Shown in pieces: positions 30,042-32,000 of a stretch of DNA of 32,000 bases; the stretch's first letter is position 1, and each line of letters opens with the position of its first letter. The translations under genes were made by a program, and so were the position numbers. The stretch comes from Candidatus Iainarchaeum sp. (GTDB taxonomy: Archaea; Iainarchaeota; Iainarchaeia; Iainarchaeales; VGJJ01): positions 390,001-422,000 of the forward strand of contig JAUYHT010000006.1 of the NCBI GenBank assembly GCA_030688545.1. The letters are read 5' to 3'. Under the pieces are notes generated by a model. It did not search any database and was not told the DNA's origin. It was given only the letters and a program-made list of their open reading frames with translations.

Positions 30042-30066
30042 TTTGAAAATGGGATAGGAATTTTAT

Positions 30067-31368
30067 TTAGTGTACGATTCCCCATCCCCCCAGCCGCCAC
30101 GCGGCTTTGTCGCGGCGGGAGATGGCGATCTTTTGCCCTTCCTCCACGGGCATCTTTCCTTTCAGCTTGAGGTGAAAGGTATTTTTCTTGATTGACACGA
30201 TTTCCCCTACTTGAGTATGGGTGCCGATGGTGAGAACCAACAATTCATGCACATGGGGAAAGGGCAGTTTTTCCCCGAGAAGGCGGGGCAGTTCGTGCCA
30301 CTCCATGGTAAATGTCTCCGTGGGAGCGGGCATCGATCCCGGGGCGGAGAGGATCTGGCCTTTGAACTTGTCCATACTGGTTATCCCCGGGTCTAGGAGC
30401 GTGCCAACCGCAATCAACCCTCCCGGGTGCGCAGTCTTCAGTTCCCCTTCCGCGATGTGGATGGAGTCCACGTGGATACGGAAAGGTTTTCCATCGATGC
30501 CGGGGGTGATTTCCACTTCCTGTCCTTTGGAAAGGAGTCCTTGCACGATGCTTCCTCCTAAAACCCCTCCTTTGATTTGAGAAATTTCCGTTCCCGGACG
30601 ATTCACATCGAATGAGCGGGAGATATACATTCGGAATGGTTTTTTCTCGTCGACCGGGGGCGTTGGAATGTAGGTCTCGATGGCTTCGATCAGCGCATCG
30701 ATGTTGACATTGAATGTCGCCGAGATGGGGATGATTGGCACGTTTTCATAGCCATAGTCTTTCAAGAACTGCACTATTTCGGCGTGACTTTCTTGGGCCC
30801 GCTCGGGGGGCACGAGGTCCACTTTATTTTGTACTACGACGATGTGGGTGATGCCCCCGATCTGGAGGGCCAGGAGGTGTTCCGCGGTCCGGGGTTGGGG
30901 GCATTTTTCATTGGCAGCCACGACGAGCAACGCGCCTTGCATGAGGGCGGCGCCCGAGAGCATCGTAGTCATGAGCGTCTCGTGCCCGGGGGCATCGATG
31001 AAAGAGACCTTGCGCCTGATTTTTCCTTTTACCCCATCCTTCTCGGGGGCGACACCATATTTGGCGACTCCTTCAATGCCCGGGTATTCATAGAAAGTGG
31101 TGTCCGCGTAACCCAGGCGGATGGATATGCCCCGTTTCAGTTCTTCGGAATGGGTGTCGGTCCATTTACCGGACAAGGCCTGTGTTAAACTGGTTTTTCC
31201 ATGGTCCACGTGGCCTATCAATCCGATGTTTATTTCCGCTTGGTGGGGGCCGGGCGCGTTCTTTTCTTTTGAGGTTTTGGTCGTGGGTTTCATGTCATGG
31301 ATTGAAGACTCGGCGGGTTGGATGTCCAGGGCTGCGGCGGCGGATATTTCTTTCTTTTTGCGAGGCAT
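30067..31368 (-). CDS. eif2g: Translation initiation factor aIF2 gamma subunit
   Basis: 433 aa. GHVDHGKT, DAPGHE, NKVD and domains II/III. ~45-aa N-terminal extension. No Cys between GYAD and VSFIDAPGHE. Confidence 0.93.
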   Translation of the reverse strand: MPRKKKEISAAAALDIQPAESSIHDMKPTTKTSKEKNAPGPHQAEINIGLIGHVDHGKTSLTQALSGKWTDTHSEELKRGISIRLGYADTTFYEYPGIEGVAKYGVAPEKDGVKGKIRRKVSFIDAPGHETLMTTMLSGAALMQGALLVVAANEKCPQPRTAEHLLALQIGGITHIVVVQNKVDLVPPERAQESHAEIVQFLKDYGYENVPIIPISATFNVNIDALIEAIETYIPTPPVDEKKPFRMYISRSFDVNRPGTEISQIKGGVLGGSIVQGLLSKGQEVEITPGIDGKPFRIHVDSIHIAEGELKTAHPGGLIAVGTLLDPGITSMDKFKGQILSAPGSMPAPTETFTMEWHELPRLLGEKLPFPHVHELLVLTIGTHTQVGEIVSIKKNTFHLKLKGKMPVEEGQKIAISRRDKAAWRLGGWGIVH

Positions 31369-31399
31369 ATTTGGAAGAGGGTGGGGAACAGGATTTAAG

Positions 31400-31789
31400 C
31401 TATTCCTTCGCCTCCGTTTTTTCCTCTTTCTTGCCCCACAATTCGTCCAATGAAGGTGAACCGGATTGGGTCACCTTGATGTTGACCTGGTGGATATCCT
31501 CCGCGATGGTGTTGCCGCGCAATGGACGTTTGCGCCGTTCGCCTTTCTCGCCTTTCCGAAATCCCACTCCCGGAAATATCAATAATTTTTTTCTTCCAGT
31601 CCCAGGAAATCGGCTAATCATGGGGGTGCCTGTCTTGTCCGAGCCCCCGGTAATGAGCCCTTTATATCCGTCGAGACCGATGGGGGATAAATCCACTTCA
31701 TCCCCTATCTTTTTCCCCACGAAGGGGGTTTGCTCCAATTTCTTGGTGTAGGCTTTCCGTGCCTGCGGGTCTGAGACCACGATATTCAT
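31400..31789 (-). CDS. rps6e: 30S ribosomal protein S6e
   Basis: 129 aa. MNIVVSDPQ...GKKIGDEVD...GYKGLITGGSDKTGTPM...GRKKLL is typical of S6e. GGAGG 7-8 nt upstream. ATGA overlap with the upstream gene's stop. Confidence 0.9.
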   Translation of the reverse strand: MNIVVSDPQARKAYTKKLEQTPFVGKKIGDEVDLSPIGLDGYKGLITGGSDKTGTPMISRFPGTGRKKLLIFPGVGFRKGEKGERRKRPLRGNTIAEDIHQVNIKVTQSGSPSLDELWGKKEEKTEAKE

Positions 31790-32000
31790 TCGTATCCCTC
31801 CTCGGGTGGTGTTTCTGATACGCGTAAACGGTGAATGTCCTTGAGCAATTCTTTCTCTTCCGGAGTTATTTTATCTCCCAGTTTCATGAGTATCGCGTGC
31901 ATGGCTGGAGCAATATATGAATAGAATACGTCATGCGGATTCACATTCTTCCCAATAACCCCTTGGTCGATGGAGATGGCGACATCCTTCCCGGTCTCCG
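31786..32000 (-). CDS. infB: Translation initiation factor aIF5B (IF-2), C-terminal fragment; the gene starts beyond the window end
   Basis: My translation of the open minus frame gives ...GKDVAISIDQGVIGKNVNPHDVFYSYIAPAMHAILMKLGDKITPEEKELLKDIHRLRVSETPPEEGYE*. It is colinear with archaeal aIF5B C-termini (GD.VA..I...V.G..I.EGD.LY.DIP..H...L....L..EE..L...I..IK). The infB-rps6e-eif2g gene order is common in archaea. Confidence 0.7.
   Translation of the reverse strand, partial: ETGKDVAISIDQGVIGKNVNPHDVFYSYIAPAMHAILMKLGDKITPEEKELLKDIHRLRVSETPPEEGYE

Noticed and set aside
31182-31751. 189-aa plus-strand ORF spanning the eif2g 5' end and rps6e
   Set aside because: It is antisense to two conserved translation genes and crosses their intergenic spacer. 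It is a shadow ORF.

Overview
This is a densely packed archaeal chromosomal segment of about 42 protein genes. GC is roughly 50% by eye. I found no rRNA, tRNA, CRISPR array, transposase or integrase; every intergenic gap is either too short or filled by the repeats described below.

Most genes are housekeeping or information-processing:
- Replication: PolD DP2 (partial) and DP1, preceded by a UPF0147 gene.
- Ribosome and translation: a NOG1-type GTPase; ribosomal proteins S15, S3Ae, S27ae, S24e and S6e; ValRS; aIF2-gamma; and the aIF5B C-terminus.
- Membrane and lipid: SecF/SecD, a minimal archaeosortase-family protein coupled to CDP-archaeol synthase, SppA, and a DUF92 protein.
- KEOPS: Bud32 and Kae1, which are unlinked here.
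- Chaperones: a bacterial-type grpE-dnaK-dnaJ operon with a divergent wHTH gene.
- Other: RibL, and the conserved PIN-Rpo7(E')-Spt4-S24e-S27ae cluster.

The archaeal assignment rests on PolD, aIF2-gamma/aIF5B, the e-type ribosomal proteins, CarS and Spt4/Rpo7. I cannot place the lineage further from sequence alone.

Features worth a second look:
1. A family of ~33-bp AT-rich tandem repeats (consensus G-TTTTTT-GATC-AAAC-TTTTTT-CT-AAAAAAG-TYC). They fill three convergent intergenic gaps (about 8796-8990, 11146-11352 and 25101-25267), all in the same orientation.
2. A lipobox protein built from 22 very regular 26-residue two-cysteine repeats, flanked by an HExxH membrane protein and a small 2-TM protein.
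3. A 61-aa protamine-like protein (25 Arg, 3 Lys, no acidic residues) with a perfect Shine-Dalgarno and a hairpin terminator.
4. The archaeosortase-CarS coupling.
5. Three single-gene low-GC insertions on the opposite strand to conserved operons.
6. A recurrent promoter geometry (TATA hexamer 22-25 nt upstream of the ATG) that implies leaderless mRNAs and helps choose start codons.
7. A two-hairpin leader upstream of the S15-S3Ae operon.

All functional calls come from motif and family recognition by eye. No database search was run.
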